The notes under the pieces were generated by a model, which saw only the letters and a list, made by a program, of their open reading frames with translations, was not told the DNA's origin and ran no database searches. A stretch of 64,000 nt of DNA from Ramazzottius varieornatus (lineage: Eukaryota; Animalia; Tardigrada): assembly GCA_001949185.1 (NCBI GenBank), contig BDGG01000001.1, positions 4,081,624-4,145,623 of the forward strand, written 5' to 3'. The position numbers were made by a program, and so were the translations under genes. Below are positions 1 through 16,408 of this stretch, piece after piece (the stretch's first letter is position 1; each line of letters starts with the position of its first letter).

Positions 1-273
1 CACGTCAGGTCCTTCCAGACAGTAATGGATGGCCACGGACCATCCGATGCCCGAGTCTCCTCCAGTAATCAGAGCCACTTTGCCAAGGAGTTTGCCGGCC
101 GGCTTGTAGAAGGGCGAGTAGGGAATCGGCTTAACGATCATGTCCTTCTCTAATCCCGGCTGATAATCCTGTTTCTCGGCGCCATGTTGCCGGCTCTCCA
201 TGCTGCGGGCAGCTGCGATAGTGGCCAGCGCCACAAGAAGGACTGCAGTGGGAAGGAATTTGGCGACAAGCAT
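1..273 (-). CDS. Short-chain dehydrogenase/reductase, YhdF/YdaD (general stress protein 39)/glucose-ribitol dehydrogenase type, with N-terminal signal peptide; 5' part only, runs off the window
   Basis: Not in the ORF track. Hand translation from ATG 273: MLVAKFLPTAVLLVALATIAAARSMESRQHGAEKQDYQPGLEKDMIVKPIPYSPFYKPAGKLLGKVALITGGDSGIGWSVAIHYCLEGPDV. It has the Rossmann TGGDSGIG motif and the QPGxExxM...YK..GKL.GKVALITGGDSGIG signature. Confidence 0.88.
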   Translation of the reverse strand, partial: MLVAKFLPTAVLLVALATIAAARSMESRQHGAEKQDYQPGLEKDMIVKPIPYSPFYKPAGKLLGKVALITGGDSGIGWSVAIHYCLEGPDV

Positions 274-896
274 CTTGGGCGTGGCTGGGTATCGCGAACT
301 CTTGCCACCAGGCAGCCCTGTGAACCGATTTTGCTAGACAATTTCTCTAATATTTGTGTTCTTCTTATATACCGAAGTACGGATGTTTTTTTATGGGACG
401 ATGGGATAATTTCGTCGGCAGAAGTTTGCCGCTGGCAATTAACCGGTTTGCGGGTGTGTCTGTCACTTCTAGAGAACAGCGATCTTACGCTCCGATTTAC
501 GCTCCGCAAGCGGACCCTCGACAGTCGTCGAGGGTCCGCTTGCGCCGTGGGGCTCATCACTCGAGGGTACCCGGAACCATCTGTGGATCCAGCTTTAGGA
601 CCATTCTGTGAAGTTGACAGATGTTCGTTGCTGGGTAGACATTTCCTTTGTTCGCGGACATTTCGTGGAACGTGGACTCATGCTCTCTGACATTATGGTC
701 TGCTTATCCTGTTCGCTTTCAACGCACATGTGAGAAGGCACTTATTCGCTTGTCTGCCGTTGTACCTTCGCGCGTCTACGAGTCTTATCGCACTATCACC
801 ATGCATTATGGCTTAAGGTAATTTCAATGTCAAAGTTGGTGCCTTGCTAGTCGTGGACGATATGTTCGACTTTCTTCTGAAGCTCAATTGTACTAA

Positions 897-3369
<2,473 letters not shown>

Positions 3370-3960
3370 TAGCTACCGTCAACAAGCTGAGTTTTCAGTT
3401 ACTACTTTTACTGAAATCGATGGGTTACTCAGGAGGGAAAAGCGGAAGAATGAAGAGAGAATTTACACAGGCATCTTGAATCCAAAAGAATTCAAGGTTG
3501 AAATTATCCAGAATGTACACAAGAAAAGAAGGAAGCGAGTTCGAAGAACCAAGAAAAAAGTGCGCACAAAACATGCGGCAGTTGGTAAGAAAGTAAAAGC
3601 TGTCCCCACATAATAACAAGGCTGAAGGGTCCCAGAGCATAACATAACATGGATAAGATTCATTCAAAACTGATACCTAAGAATCTCTTGGTCCGAACTG
3701 ACCCAGTCAGCTCAAGGTGCCCTATCACAATCTCAAGAAAGTAAAAAGTAAGATAATGCCTGCTTTCAACAATCGAATTCCGTCCGTTCCGGCGCAGTTA
3801 GTAACAGATCTATCAGAAGACGGGTCCATAATCGGCTTCCATATGAAGGAATACCTCCTCTAGAACGTGGTTTGCTCTACGGAACCAAACATACGGTAAG
3901 CAATCCATCTCGAATCTCCCACAAACGGATGACCGGTTATACGACCGGATAAAACTCCAA

Positions 3961-4081
3961 GCTGGGCAAAAAACCGTGCTATATGGTTCTCAAGTGGCGC
4001 ACGTTGTCGTTGTTCTTGGCTGACAGTGTGCGCCACTCAATGATCTGAATGTATCCATTTTGTACTTTTCGTTTGCCCAAC
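3961..4081. repeat. Palindromic element family A, 3' region of smaug
   Basis: gctgggcaaa...caagtggcgcac...gtgcgccact...tttgcccaac. Confidence 0.8.
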
Positions 4082-4166
4082 TCCCAACTAATCGGAAAGA
4101 TTATGAAAACCATGAAATTGTGTCTTCAATTTTACAAGGGTAGAAAAAAGTATTTTCTAACACGAC

Positions 4167-7100
4167 TCTTACCAATACTGGGTAATGCATGTTCGGTTAC
4201 ACTCAACGTGAGTGATTCCAAGTCGGCGTCAACGCCGTCGAACCACAGATTCGACTGAGCAGCTATGAAGAAAAAACGAACTCGTTAGTCTCACTTTGCA
4301 ACTTTGTAAAACACTTCACTTACCCGTAAGTGGTTTCGGGGCGACTGGAGCCGAACGAGCGCGGCTCAAGGGAGTCTTTGGCTTGAGGAACATACTATTA
4401 TCGTTTGAGATTGGTGGACCCACAGGGCCTTTAATCAGGGCGAAGCATCGATGCAGTGGACGATGTTGCTGCTGTTGCTGTTGCGATGGCGGACGAGCGG
4501 AGAAACCATCGGGAACTGGGAGGAAAAAGCTATCGGCTTCGGTACTACGGTTGATGGTGCCTTGTGAGCCTTGTCTTTCACTGAAGGGTGGACCGAACGC
4601 TGACGCTGAAGATATTGGAGCTGTCGTATAACTGCAAAACAGAAAGGTGTGAAGAAAAGAGAAATGTATCCATAATTACTGTTTACCTCTTCGTCAGCTT
4701 GCGATGTCCCTGGAAAGTGGTGTTGCGCATCAGTGCTTGTAAGCTCTGCTTCAGCGACAATAAGGTGCTTCTTAGTACGCCGTAAAACGCTTCGTGGCGC
4801 ATGCAGCGATCCAGCAGCTGTATGAACGGCCCCGTACAGTCTTCTTCCACGGGAATGGGTCCTCCCGAGTTGCAGTACACGCTTCCCACTGGAAAAACAA
4901 CCTCAAATTAGTATTTTGTCAAGTTGAATACGTTCTCGATAACTGAATACGTTTCCAATTAGGATGTAGTCAAGCTCGAAAGAAAAGCCGGCAAAAGTAG
5001 TCTAGAACGTATTCATGCCCCTGCATACACTGAATCCCACAATCCATGAGACAGTAGTGTATGCGGGTATTCGATGTTGCCCACTCTCAAGTACATGCAT
5101 ACACCGAACCACACAGTCAATGCGAAACAGAGTATGCAGGTACCCGTCAAGATTTTATAGGCCACTCATTTCGCCAGAATACAACAAATTCAAAACTTGG
5201 AAAATCTAGAAGAACGTACTCTTGCGTAAGACAAAGGTGAGTCTAGCAGCCAGGTCCTGAGGCGGAATGTCCTCAATGGATTGTATTTTGGCAAAGTCGA
5301 GGCAAAGCCGTGGCGCCAACTTCATGGGCGTCGCCAACAGACTACGGACTTCGTTGAGCACTGTGCGGACGTCGCCCACGTCGTTAACTCGCTTGACCAA
5401 CTTCACCGTCTCATCCGGACGCTCATGCAGCTTTTGAATGCATTGGAGTATCTTGTTCCTCGCTCCTTTGGTCACATTCTGTAAAAAAGCACTGCACATC
5501 AACTGTCAGGACTTGCAGATGGTCAATAACAAAGCAGTCAGTAAGGAACACTGGAGTTACATACCCAAACTTCCAGCTGCGCTTCCGTCACGTTCAGCAG
5601 TTCGTCGTAGGACTTGCTGGCCAGCAAGCCACAATACTTGTGTAGACGAAGTCCCTTCAGCCACGCTGGCACATCTTCAATGAACAAAAATCTTTTAGAA
5701 TCATTGATCTTAAGAAAATGTATTCGCACTGGAATCCGTTATGTCATGGTGTTTTAGCTCTGGCGGCTCGTAGAGCCAGATGTTTTTCTTCATTGACTTT
5801 TGTCACAATGGAAAAACCCAACAGTGAGTGATTGAGTGGGAATACAGAAGCCTTAATATTATAAAAGTCGACAATCGATACAGGATGCGTTTTCAATGGG
5901 GTGCCGTTTGAACCTTTTTCTTTCGTGTGAGTTTTGGCCCATTTTCAATTGTTTTCAATGAGTCCAATCAGGTTTGATATCCTGGAGTACAGCCTGTTCG
6001 CAATCTAACAAGTGAAAGTGAACCTTTTTGTAGTGAAACCATGAGTTCGTGAAGGAAACGTGCGTAGTGTCTGTCAAAGAGGATGCGGACTGTTAATGTA
6101 CTGGGTCGTGACGCTTGCCTTCGACCACCATCGTTCATCGATCAAAGCAGTTCATCAAGATCCTTCTACGCTTTTGTGCTTATTTTCACTACTGCTCAAA
6201 TGGGTTTCTTGTATGTGTGTAGCAGCAGAGGCCCCTCATAGTATTGACATTCATCGGGCTGTCTTCCCGGATATTTTCCCGAAGCAAGCCCGACCAGCTG
6301 CCCACGCAGGAATCAATACATAACGGCTAAATATAGCACCCACCTCGCATCCCCGCTTTAGGCGGCGTGTAGACATATGATTCATCAGGGATGTTGATCA
6401 AGCTGCCGTTGGAATCGGAGATGCCGGAGAGCGGCTCGCTGTCGCCGTGACTGTGGGCGCTGGGGCTGGATGACAGCGAACGATGCAGCCGATGATGATA
6501 GTCAACTTCCGCCACCAGACTGCTGCGGGGACCCAGATGCGAACCACTACCGATGCGGTGCACCAGCGGAGCTGACAGGGTCGACTGAAGAGGAGCGTGG
6601 CTGCCGTAGGAGGACGAAGATAACCCCGAGCCTACAATAACAACAGAAAATATTAAAAAAGCTGTAAGCTTCCTCAAACGAGACATTAGTTCGAAGCAAG
6701 CAAATTCTCCACAGGAAACAGTATCTAAAGTTGGCGTCTAAGTTTTCTCATTTCGTTTTCGAGCACGAGGTGCAGGGCAAATTGTGGTCGTTCTTGCACA
6801 ACCTGCATACACCTAACAATGCACGAGCTACACACGTCTGTATGCCGGTTCGTGAAACGCGACGGATCTCATTTACTGAGCTCTCGAATATGTGGGAAAC
6901 TCAGCGAAAAATTTAATTAAAAAGTAGATACTGTTTCTGGTGGTATGTGTAGGGCCTACTGTGTTGAGGAGAGAGAGAGGCCAGTGAAGAAGTCAGTGGG
7001 GAAGAGGAGCCGGGCGATGTGGAGGTGGTGGGTGAGGAGGGAAGGTCGCTGCTGCTGGTGATGACTAAAGGAAAGCCAACTCCCTCCTGACTGGAAAAGG

Positions 7101-8885
7101 CCGCTGACATGTGTGCGAATTTCTCTTGTTGGGTCTTGCTGAAGGCCGGATGGAGTGCGGCGATGGAAAGAATGTGCTGAAGGTGCATATCTTTATTCGG
7201 TGAGAACAGACTGCCATTGTTGGCCATGACGCGTCGCTGATACAGTTCCTCCATGACATTGCTCATTGCCAGAACCGACTGCGCCTCTTCCGGCTTCAGA
7301 AGGCACAGTTGGCGAAGAACTTCGTCCAGTGGCTGCCTGGACAGATCTGCAAGAAGAAACCACCAGTAATCGACGAAAGAAATATTCAGCGAATTTGTTT
7401 GATATTTTCCTCGGACTATGAAAAGTGAGGACGTTGAAAGATGCATGTACGGAAAATCCGACTGCAAATTTAAATTGAATCTTTTGTGTTTTGACGGTGA
7501 ATATTTTGGCATCAATGTTGCCGAACGACACTGACTTCGTTCGAACAGTCATAACCACGCTTTCTGACCCATATTTAAGAGATCAATCAGCAGCGGGGCC
7601 GACGAGCCATCTTTGATGCTCGCCATGAGCTTCTCGCGATCGGGCAGCTTTATGGGAAATCCTTTTGTGCGACGACACCGAGAGATTAGTCTAACGCATC
7701 ACAGTCTACAAAATTTACAGTTCTACGGTAGGGATTTCCTCCGTACTCCACCGACAGACCGGAAGGCAGCATAGCGCTCAGGAAATTTGATCCCCAGAAA
7801 ACCACCAAAATATTCTGAACTGTTTTCGGATCTACAAATTTTATTCTCCATTTTCTCCTTCTTTTGCTAATTTTGTTTTGTCTCCCGACCGTTACCAGAG
7901 TGTGAAGATATCATCAATCTGAAATGGCGCTTTCGCTTTCAAGCCCTTCTTCGGTCTTCGGCAGGAGACAAAGATCCGAAAGAAGCCTCATGGCGATGTG
8001 CGCTGTGAAGTAACAACGATAAAAAATACACATCATGTCACGCAACAGCCAAGATTACGTTGATTGCGTAATGCACATGTCAAAATTCCACTAGCTTTCG
8101 AAATTCAAGTTTGAGATCCGGTTCACTTTTCTCTGCAGCCCACAATGAACCAAAACACTTCATTGCCTTTCTTCCTTATTGAACCACTTTCACTGACTTT
8201 GCAGTGGAAAGCGTTTTGTCAAGGAGCCAATTGTAGTGAGGATCCTCACATGTCGGCTGAAATTAGCATTCTCTCTTCTACGACTCTCATTCATAAAGAT
8301 CCAATTCCACAAATGAGCAATAATATTCACTTTATCGAACATTTTATCATCATTCTATCAATATTTCGCAGCGCAATTTTTGGCACGCTCGACAAATACC
8401 TCCAAAAATTCCACTACTTTCAGAAGTTCAAGCGGGCGAACAGTACTGCTCTTATCAAATTAGGGAACCCGTAAATACTCAGATACCAATTGAGATATTT
8501 TTCCAGTGTTGAATTAAAGAGCTTATTTTTGAACTGTTATCAGACTGGGACGTCGGATGGTCACCGAAAGCGGCGCATGTTTTTGTTCTGACTGGCTAGA
8601 CGAGTGCGCCACTTGGGAGAGCGATCTAGTTTAATTAATCCATTCAAAAATTTATCACATACCTCGGTCAGATTCCACTCCGCTCTTTCGAACGCCGTCA
8701 TCATTATCCACAAGCGATTCTAGCAGACCATGTAGGAAGTACTTGTGGGGAAAGGAGAGTTGTTGTACAATAGTACAGACAGCCAGCAGCTGATCCAGCG
8801 CGTCCAAATCCCGCACGGCGCTGACGGCTGCCTCCATGGCCGAGGGAGGCACGCTCGTCTGGATGGTCATAGCCGGAAGACCCAT
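4167..8885 (-). CDS. smg: Smaug/SAMD4 RNA-binding translational repressor (SSR1, SAM and PHAT domains); 3' end uncertain, probably one more small exon
   Basis: SAM motif DVPAWLKGLRLHKY...NVTKGARNKILQCIQKLHER; PHAT-like VLNEVRSLLATPMK; C-terminal LESLTLSVTEHAL; SSR1-like N-terminal exon at 8660-8885. Confidence 0.9.
5018..5143. repeat. Palindromic element family B (CCTGCATACAC-N~28-GTGTATGCGG), tandem pair in a smaug intron; another copy at ~6802-6850
   Basis: cctgcatacac...gtgtatgcggg followed by atgcatacac...gagtatgcagg. Confidence 0.7.
8568..8618. repeat. Palindromic element family A core, smaug intron
   Basis: aagcggcgca...tgcgccacttg. Confidence 0.65.
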
Positions 8886-11800
8886 AATGGAGTGACGAGA
8901 TCTGACCAGCAGCTCGTGGATAGACAGACTCCTCCAGCACGGCTATAGGCTCGTCATTCACCTACGATGGAAAACAAGTGAAGACTGCCGGAATGCACAA
9001 CAGTATCGACCTACGAACAAGCCACAAAACCTCACATACGCAACTTGAATACGTACGTTGTCTTTGGAATGGCTGGTGGAAGAGAGTAAGACAGTGCCAG
9101 CAAAAAATAGTCCAACGACGTAGAGAAGAAACGGAACTGTTAAAAGCGACAGTTTCACAATGAGCCAAAAACTTGTTCGCCACTTTCCTACGGACGTTCT
9201 AATAATCATTCTAAAAGTCTCTGTCTCTAGTCTCTACTGCGTAGAGTCGCTCGCCAAACCAAACAAAACTTTGCGATCAAACACGTACGGCAGTCGTACA
9301 ACTACAGTAATTCACATTTTACTGAAGGTGGCAGCACTGAACCGGACAATCAATACACTAGCATGAGCCCACCTTCGGTTGATTGACAAATTTTTTCTTA
9401 CACAGTTCGTGGAGCCGAAGGGTGGAGCTTGTTCGAACAAAAAGTTTCTTCCGGAATTCCATTTTCGTTTCAAGTTCTAGTTTTTTCTTCTGACTACCAG
9501 GTGCGAATTTGAGTCTTTGGGTTGAGTTGAGGCCTCGAGAGGATCAAGGAGAGAACAAGTTCGTGGACTTTGCAGTACTTGCACGCCTTAGGGCTGGCCT
9601 TTCGGCATCCGGGATTCCGGGGTTCTGCTGCCTCCCACGCTTAATTCAACTGAGCGGTTTGGTAACTTCTGTTTCACAGGAACACACCGAAGTGATTTTT
9701 GATCATGGAGCACTTGATTTGACACAGTGTTCACAAGGTCTAATCGATGTGAAGAAAGCGAAAGTAAATTAAATCGTGCGCACGCAGTCTATTTGTTATG
9801 CATTTGTTATGCGAACATCTCTCTTTTGCCAGCAACGGTGCTCCGCCAGCACGGCAGATTTCAGCTCACAGAGTGCCGTAAAATCAGCCAAGTAGGACCG
9901 ATGAGCAAGTAAAACCAGAATATTTACTCGTCATGGTTTGCTGGAAAATCCTTCATGCACAGCGGAAGCCACCACCGATAACCGAGAAACGAACCCGGAT
10001 CCGCGCGCCGCGGCCGACGTCACACTTTCTATTTGATGCGCTGATCGGTACAGTCGCTACCATTTGACATTGAAGGCATTTTGAAATTGAAAAGGAAGAA
10101 AAGCTAGACTAAATTGTTGTTAAAAAATTACTAAGGGCTGGCTAAAGGTGAAAGAGAAGATTGGAGGACGCTCTAGCAGAAGTTTTCGGATATTCACGCA
10201 GTTGTCGGCGGTCCGCGGTTTTTCCGGAACTGACAAGCTATTTCGACTACTAACGGTTTGAAAAGTACTGTCCGACGTTCTAGAACGTTGTTGCGTTGGC
10301 GATCAAACTATACATCTCGAAACAACATAAACGGCGAGAGTTCATGCAAGTGATGAACATCCACCGGCCAGACGTCAACGTGCATACGGCCTGCATCAAC
10401 AGCGAATAAAAATAATCCACCAGTCCAAAGAGCAGCTGGTTGAATTCAGTGACATCTTCGGTGGACTTGCTGAGCTGCTTGAGACCACGGCGTTCTGTGC
10501 CACAATTCAACTGCAAGATCCCCAACAAGCGTCTGAAAACTATGTCATGAAGTTGTAGTTTTGTCCTGGACGATGTACAGCATGCGCAGCATTTACGTTT
10601 TTTCGGTCCTTTCCAACACAGCCACTGACCACCTGGCACAATATTTTTCAGTCATTGCGGTTATAGAAATATTGGTACAACTTTCGGTCGGACATTCGCC
10701 TGAAAATTAGTTGCAAACCCCATGCACCTTTACGGCATAACTCGTCACACGACTTCTGTCTAATGGTCGATCAACACGAAGCGGTCAATAGTTTTAGTCT
10801 GAGCAGAGATTTAAATGGACGCACCTGGAATGAAAAACCGAGGGACTCTCACAACTCTACGACGTGCGTATGGTCTACCGACCATGCGCCACCTACAGGG
10901 GGTTTATGTGCACGTCGGATGTACGGTTCTTCCAGCGGCGCCACAGTCAATATAAATGATTGTTAGTGCGAACCGGTCTTCCTCGTTATGTTGTTCTCTG
11001 GAGCATCAAGTGTGCATTACGAAAATCAGAATAGTTCTGATAAACCGTGGACTTGCTTCTGAAGAGGCTCCTATGTACCTGTGTTCGGTATCGAAAACAA
11101 CGCCTCCCAAAAGAGAAAACCCAGTTCCGAATAGTTCACTGATTTTTTCTGGAACGATTGAGGCCAAGCAATATGCGATCCGTCGGCGAGAAACCGGAGC
11201 ATTCTTCAGTCTTTAAATTAAGACTTCCTTCCCCAACAGGCAGAAAATTAGCGCTAAATCGTCACTTAAGCCACATGGATCATAACAAGAACTTATCGAA
11301 CACCGACCAGCCATAGGTCGCTACGAGGTCTTGCAATTATCTCTTGCGTGACCTTCGATCTTCTTTCACAAAGACTTATGTCAGAAATATAAGTCAAGGA
11401 TTTACAACAGCCGGAAGAGATCGAGAAACTTCATCCGGAGTCATTAATCTAAACTTTTGCACCTCGTTGTGGTTTTCCTTGAATCTTCATAATATGGCAG
11501 CATGATGTGAATTCCGTTGTCCACCATTGTCCAGACAAAATGCCTTTGCTTGATAAAGTTAAAACAGCAATGTACATTATGTTGCTGTAAATTAGCTAGC
11601 TTATGTGCAAGCTGCAGCCGTTCAAAGGCTGGAGCTTGCATGTGTGTAAAGACGCCACACATTCGCGCAAAAAAGCGAGGACCCCATAGGCTCTACGGCT
11701 GCTGGAGAGTTCCATCACGCATGCATGCGAAAAATCAATCATCTTCGGATCTTCCTCCACTCACTGCCTTCCGCTAAGCCCATTTGCAAAAACACCTCAG

Positions 11801-13900
11801 GCGTGAAGCATTCTTCGCCTGCTCCTTCGAGAAAGATACCACTTTCCCGGTCTACACGAAGTCCTCTAAATCTCACCAAAAATAAACCGAAAATAACAAA
11901 ACCAAAAACAACGACAAATTTCCGTTACGAAGTTCACGAATGAATTTACGAACGTCCTCGACTTTATGTACGTCATGAGGGTGTCCCCAGGGACCGGAAC
12001 TTCCTGCCTAGAACAGCAGCCATCTTGGGAGTTCAAAACCTACTAGTAACTTATCATCAAGCGTACGTACGAGAAACCCGTGCACCCTGCGCATTGAGGA
12101 AACGCTTAAGCGATCGCGGCTCCTCAAAAGAGCCCTATAAGAAAACACTCAAGCCGGTATCAGGTTTCTCTGTTGGGCCTCGTCAGCGTGCTTCATGCTC
12201 CAGATCTACTTTCCACACCGAAACCTAAACTGCTGAATCCATGAAACTTCCATGGATATGGAGGACCCGAAATATACCACGCTTCGCCGCATCTCCATCA
12301 ATCCTTTCCGTGATCAAGTCCCACCCAAGCCGAAGCAGTCTTGTTTACATGCACGCAGCAGCAGCTGCGTCAAATCGTCTGCGAACCCTGTCCTCATCCA
12401 AGAGGCCGGCCAGTGCTAGAATATAGACAGACGGTAAATGATGTGGACTTATCCATAATCACTCGGTGGTAACTAAATGCCAGGCGCTATTCTCGCTGCT
12501 GTTGAGCCTCTGCTATCGTTCCATACTGACAGATTTTACACGAGATGATGTATGGGCCCTAACATCAAGCAGGAACTACGGGAGCTAGCCAGCACAACAT
12601 ACGCGCAGCTATTTAGCCAAGCGTTGAGAAGGATCTCCTTCCTCCGCTCGTGATGGTCGATAGGCCTGGCTTCAAGGGAGAAAGCTGATCCTGCAGTATT
12701 CGTACTATTTTACCCTGCTTCTAGTTATCATTAAGCCTTCTGCTAGAACGTTTTCCTGACATGTCATGTCATGGACTGTGACAGTGCTTGAAATTTATTC
12801 TGGGTGTACTCTAAAGCCGAAGATAGTATTTTGGAGGGAGTATTTTTGAGAGGAGTAAGCAGTGCTACCGTGCCTCCCAGGATCCGCGTTGTCAGCAAAC
12901 TGGATTCACCAGACTGACATGTGTGACGCAGCTTCTTGATTGCCATTTTTCCAAGGTACTTAAAACAGCTCTTAAAATGCGCGAATGCGATCAAGGATTG
13001 GATCGTCACAGAATGCGAGCGATAGAAAATTGCCCTGCTGCTTCTTCCTACTGTAACATCTCCCCTTTGAACTCGAGTACCAATGATTCAATTGCCCATC
13101 CTTGTCGTCACATTCAATTGGATTTATCTTTTAGGCTGCGGCATGCTTCTTCCTGGACTACTGGCGGTTGCATCCAGCGCAGCACATTGTGGGGGTACAG
13201 GTAAACCTTCCCTTCACGCAATAACATCAATTTTTTTCTTCTAGGCAGCAGTATTCCGTCCTGTCTCGTGTTTTCATTTGGCCACAAGTTGCACTAATGT
13301 AATTTTGGAAAAAGCGGATAGGAAAATAAGTATCCGCATGGTTTATTTTTCTTTGGTTGTCGCAGGCGAGCCTTCTTTCCCATACGCCTAATCGGGGTCG
13401 CCAGAAATCAGTTTTGCTTCCTGTCCACCATAGCATGTTTGGTATGTCTTGTGCCATTCCTAAATTAATACTGACAGTTCTGCTCAGTTAAGCACAGAGA
13501 TGGGATAGCGACGAAGCGGAAATGGCTACTAATTTGTTTGTTTAAAATTTATGCAATAATCGCATACTGATGCGCTGTAAGGCTTGTCTATCCGCGCAGT
13601 CCTGCCTCGCTGGAGCTAACCACCTCGATCGAGTCGTTTGAAATTCCGAAAGACAAGCTTTCTGCTAATAGCTCCGTTTCAATGTCCCATTTGTACCCAA
13701 AGGAAGACCCTTTACTGCAGCTTGATCTATACTAAATGTCGACTTCATTATCACCGCATGTAACTTTGGCACCCCATTGCAAGCCTGCAGCAACCCATTT
13801 CAAGGGCCTCAAAGCTCTGTGGGCCATCTGCATGTTTAGACTGGCGACGGAAGCAGATACGGGAACCTAACTCTCGGAACCTCCAGCTCTCATTCAAACG

Positions 13901-14956
13901 ATGTTCTTACCACAGAGGTCCATGATGCCTGAGTCATTCCGACATGATCCCTTGTTCCCCATTCTGCATACTTCCTATCGGTCCTTCGCCTCTCTCCTTG
14001 TTGTCGTTATGCTCATCTCGGTGGTTTCTGGCTCACAGAGCAAGTATAACACTATCGAAGGTAACCCTTTCACTTACAGAACATCGGACGTGGGCAAACC
14101 AGCAAACCAGCAAACTAGTTCCGTATATTATCATTGCTGTTGGCTGATAGTGTACGCCCCTGAAAAATACCTGGTTCATTTCGTTTGCCCACGTCCCATA
14201 TTTTCAAACGATAGTTTTGAACACGCGTTATACCGGCAAGTTACTGTACCTGAAAGTTGATCGAGGTGCCTGTCTTGCTTTGCAGAGACCATCGACTGCT
14301 TCGAATGCAAGAGCAATCTTCACAACAACTGCAGGGATCCCTTCAACGGCACCTCCAATATTTTTCCTCTGGCGCCCTGCAAAGGATGTTGTGTCAAAAT
14401 AGTCCGGAATTACAATACCAGTAGGTTAATAATAGTAATTGGCTCGCGATCATGTGGACATCCCGTCGAGGGACCGATCGTAAATTCCACGCAATTGGAA
14501 CGTCGGAACAGGAATTCACCCGGCCCAGATCGTTTTCCCAACTGGCGTACACTCTCAGCTAACAACAAACAAAAACGTGCGCCAGTCAAAACAGCGATCT
14601 GGGTAACATCATTTGCCGACCTCCCAAATGATATTCTGAAACTCTTTCGCTTTGACAACTCGGAAACTTCATTAGAGAAAACCCATTTACTCGAGTATTT
14701 TCGTTCAATGAATATGTTGGGTCAATCTTTTTCAGAACAAGAGACTGTCTGGAGAACGTGTACAGAAAAACTGGAAATCAGCAATTCCTTGGTTCATCGG
14801 GATGTCTGCATGGCAGAGTCCAACGGCCAAGGACATCTTTGCATATGTAGCGAGGACAAATGCAATTCCTCCCCGCCTCACAGAGCAGCGTTTAGTGCCT
14901 TTTCCCTACTCTACTTTTTCTTCCTTTTTCGACTATTGTGCAACGAAATACGGTGA
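13901..14956 (+). CDS. Quiver/sleepless-like Ly6/three-finger protein, probably GPI-anchored (3 exons)
   Basis: Signal-like LLVVVMLISVVSG. Exon 2: IDCFECKSNLHNNCRDPFN...CKGCCVKIV. Exon 3: WRTCTEKL...VCMAESNGQGHLCICSEDKCN, then a hydrophobic C-terminus. Confidence 0.85.
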
Positions 14957-15079
14957 TATTATAAACTGTCGGCGGAACATCAGTCAGCAATCGATGTTCA
15001 GTTCAATATTCATACTCGTACTCACAGTTACGTCATCTGATTATGTCTTCGCCTTTTCCAAAGTTCACTCGTAACCCGC

Positions 15080-15900
15080 CTGAAAATAAAGCACAAGACT
15101 TGGTTGGCAACAAGGGAACGCGAGTTGTTCGAACGTGCAACTCACTAAGGTTTCAGTTGACCGACCAGAATTCGAGGAAGGACATCTGGAATATCTGGTA
15201 CGACAAAGTCCTTCTAAGTACCTTCGATGCTCATTATGTGAGGTTGCAGATAGAATACCAGTAGGCCATACCTTAAGATGGATTACTTCCATGATGATCT
15301 CCCGTTCCTGGAAGTTTGCTCCCTATTTAATCAGCGCAAATATCTTTAGGTGTGGCAAAGGAGTTTCGCCGACCCGACCAAGAGACCGACAGATGGCGCT
15401 GAGAGGGACTTCGCTTTGCAGAGGACTCCGCACTTTGCGGCATGCTGAAATTGACTGGGCGGACGACAGCGGAGGAGGTCCTGCCATCTGCAGAACCCGT
15501 AACAAGGACAATACTCAAGAATCAAGATCCCTAATGGTAGTTTAGCAAGGAGGATCTCCGATGGTTTGCTGAGCAGGAACCACTCTGTCCGACAGGTATT
15601 TTTGGATGTGTGAGGAGCGTCTGAAAAAGTCTTGCAGTTCCCCTTTGACAACATCATATAGAATAATTCTTCCTTTGCAAGAGCCGCTACCTTCATGAGG
15701 TCCCCGAAATCAAATAGGGTTTGCATCTGTCGGAAATGACGAAGTCTATGGCGTCTTTGACGGCGTCAAGAAAAGAAACCCACACGCAAATAACGTTAAG
15801 ATTCTCAAGGAACAATCTCATCGAGAATATAGGGGCGAAACTTTGTCAACGTCTTCCGAGATAGACATCTCGATCGAGGCAGACCTTGAAGTCTCTTATC
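15080..15900 (+). pseudogene. Highly decayed IS630/Tc1/mariner-like transposase remnant
   Basis: Collinear fragments in shifting frames: EEGHLEYLVRQSPSKYL (winged-HTH-like), IDWADDSG (~VFxDES, first catalytic D) and LIENIGAKLCQRLPR*T (~LIExxGAxLxxLPPYSP). Confidence 0.4.
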
Positions 15901-16408
15901 CTTCCGCACTGATCGTAAAGTTTTACGGCGCAACGGATGACGCACTACCGGCAGCCCATTGCACATATAATTCATCTGAAGGGTCCAGTTCGGGGTTCTT
16001 CGATCACATCGAACCTTGTTAGCAGGCACGAACTGCGCTGCCGGGAGAACGAGCCAGTGCGCTTGATTGGCAAAGACTTCGCAGTAGACGCTCCTCATGA
16101 CTTACGGCGGGAAGGCATGACTGACGTGACTATATCAGTATATCTTGCCTCTAGTTCCACCACCCAGTCAATCCTGGATACTCAACGTCCCGCCCAATGG
16201 ATATAATGGCCGATCGATGGACTGCTTGTTACTGCTCCCTTCCATCTCTATCATAAAAGACGCTGTAACTCCATCCAGGGGACTCTTGTAACCACCGGGG
16301 AACTCTCCAAAGAATCCTTCAAACCGCACAATAAACTTTGTTCCTATCGACTCTTTTTTCTGTCGAGTTTTTTTGTACCTTTGGGCTTGATTTTCGGCTA
16401 GGCTAGAA

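Noticed and set aside
150-690. ORF-track ORFs of 136 and 168 aa at the left edge
   Set aside because: They are in the wrong frames. The real coding frame is the SDR starting at 273 on the minus strand.
9400-13800. Many short ORFs in the smaug-quiver interval
   Set aside because: None has a recognisable domain or coherent exon chain. This is probably UTR, regulatory or decayed repeat DNA.
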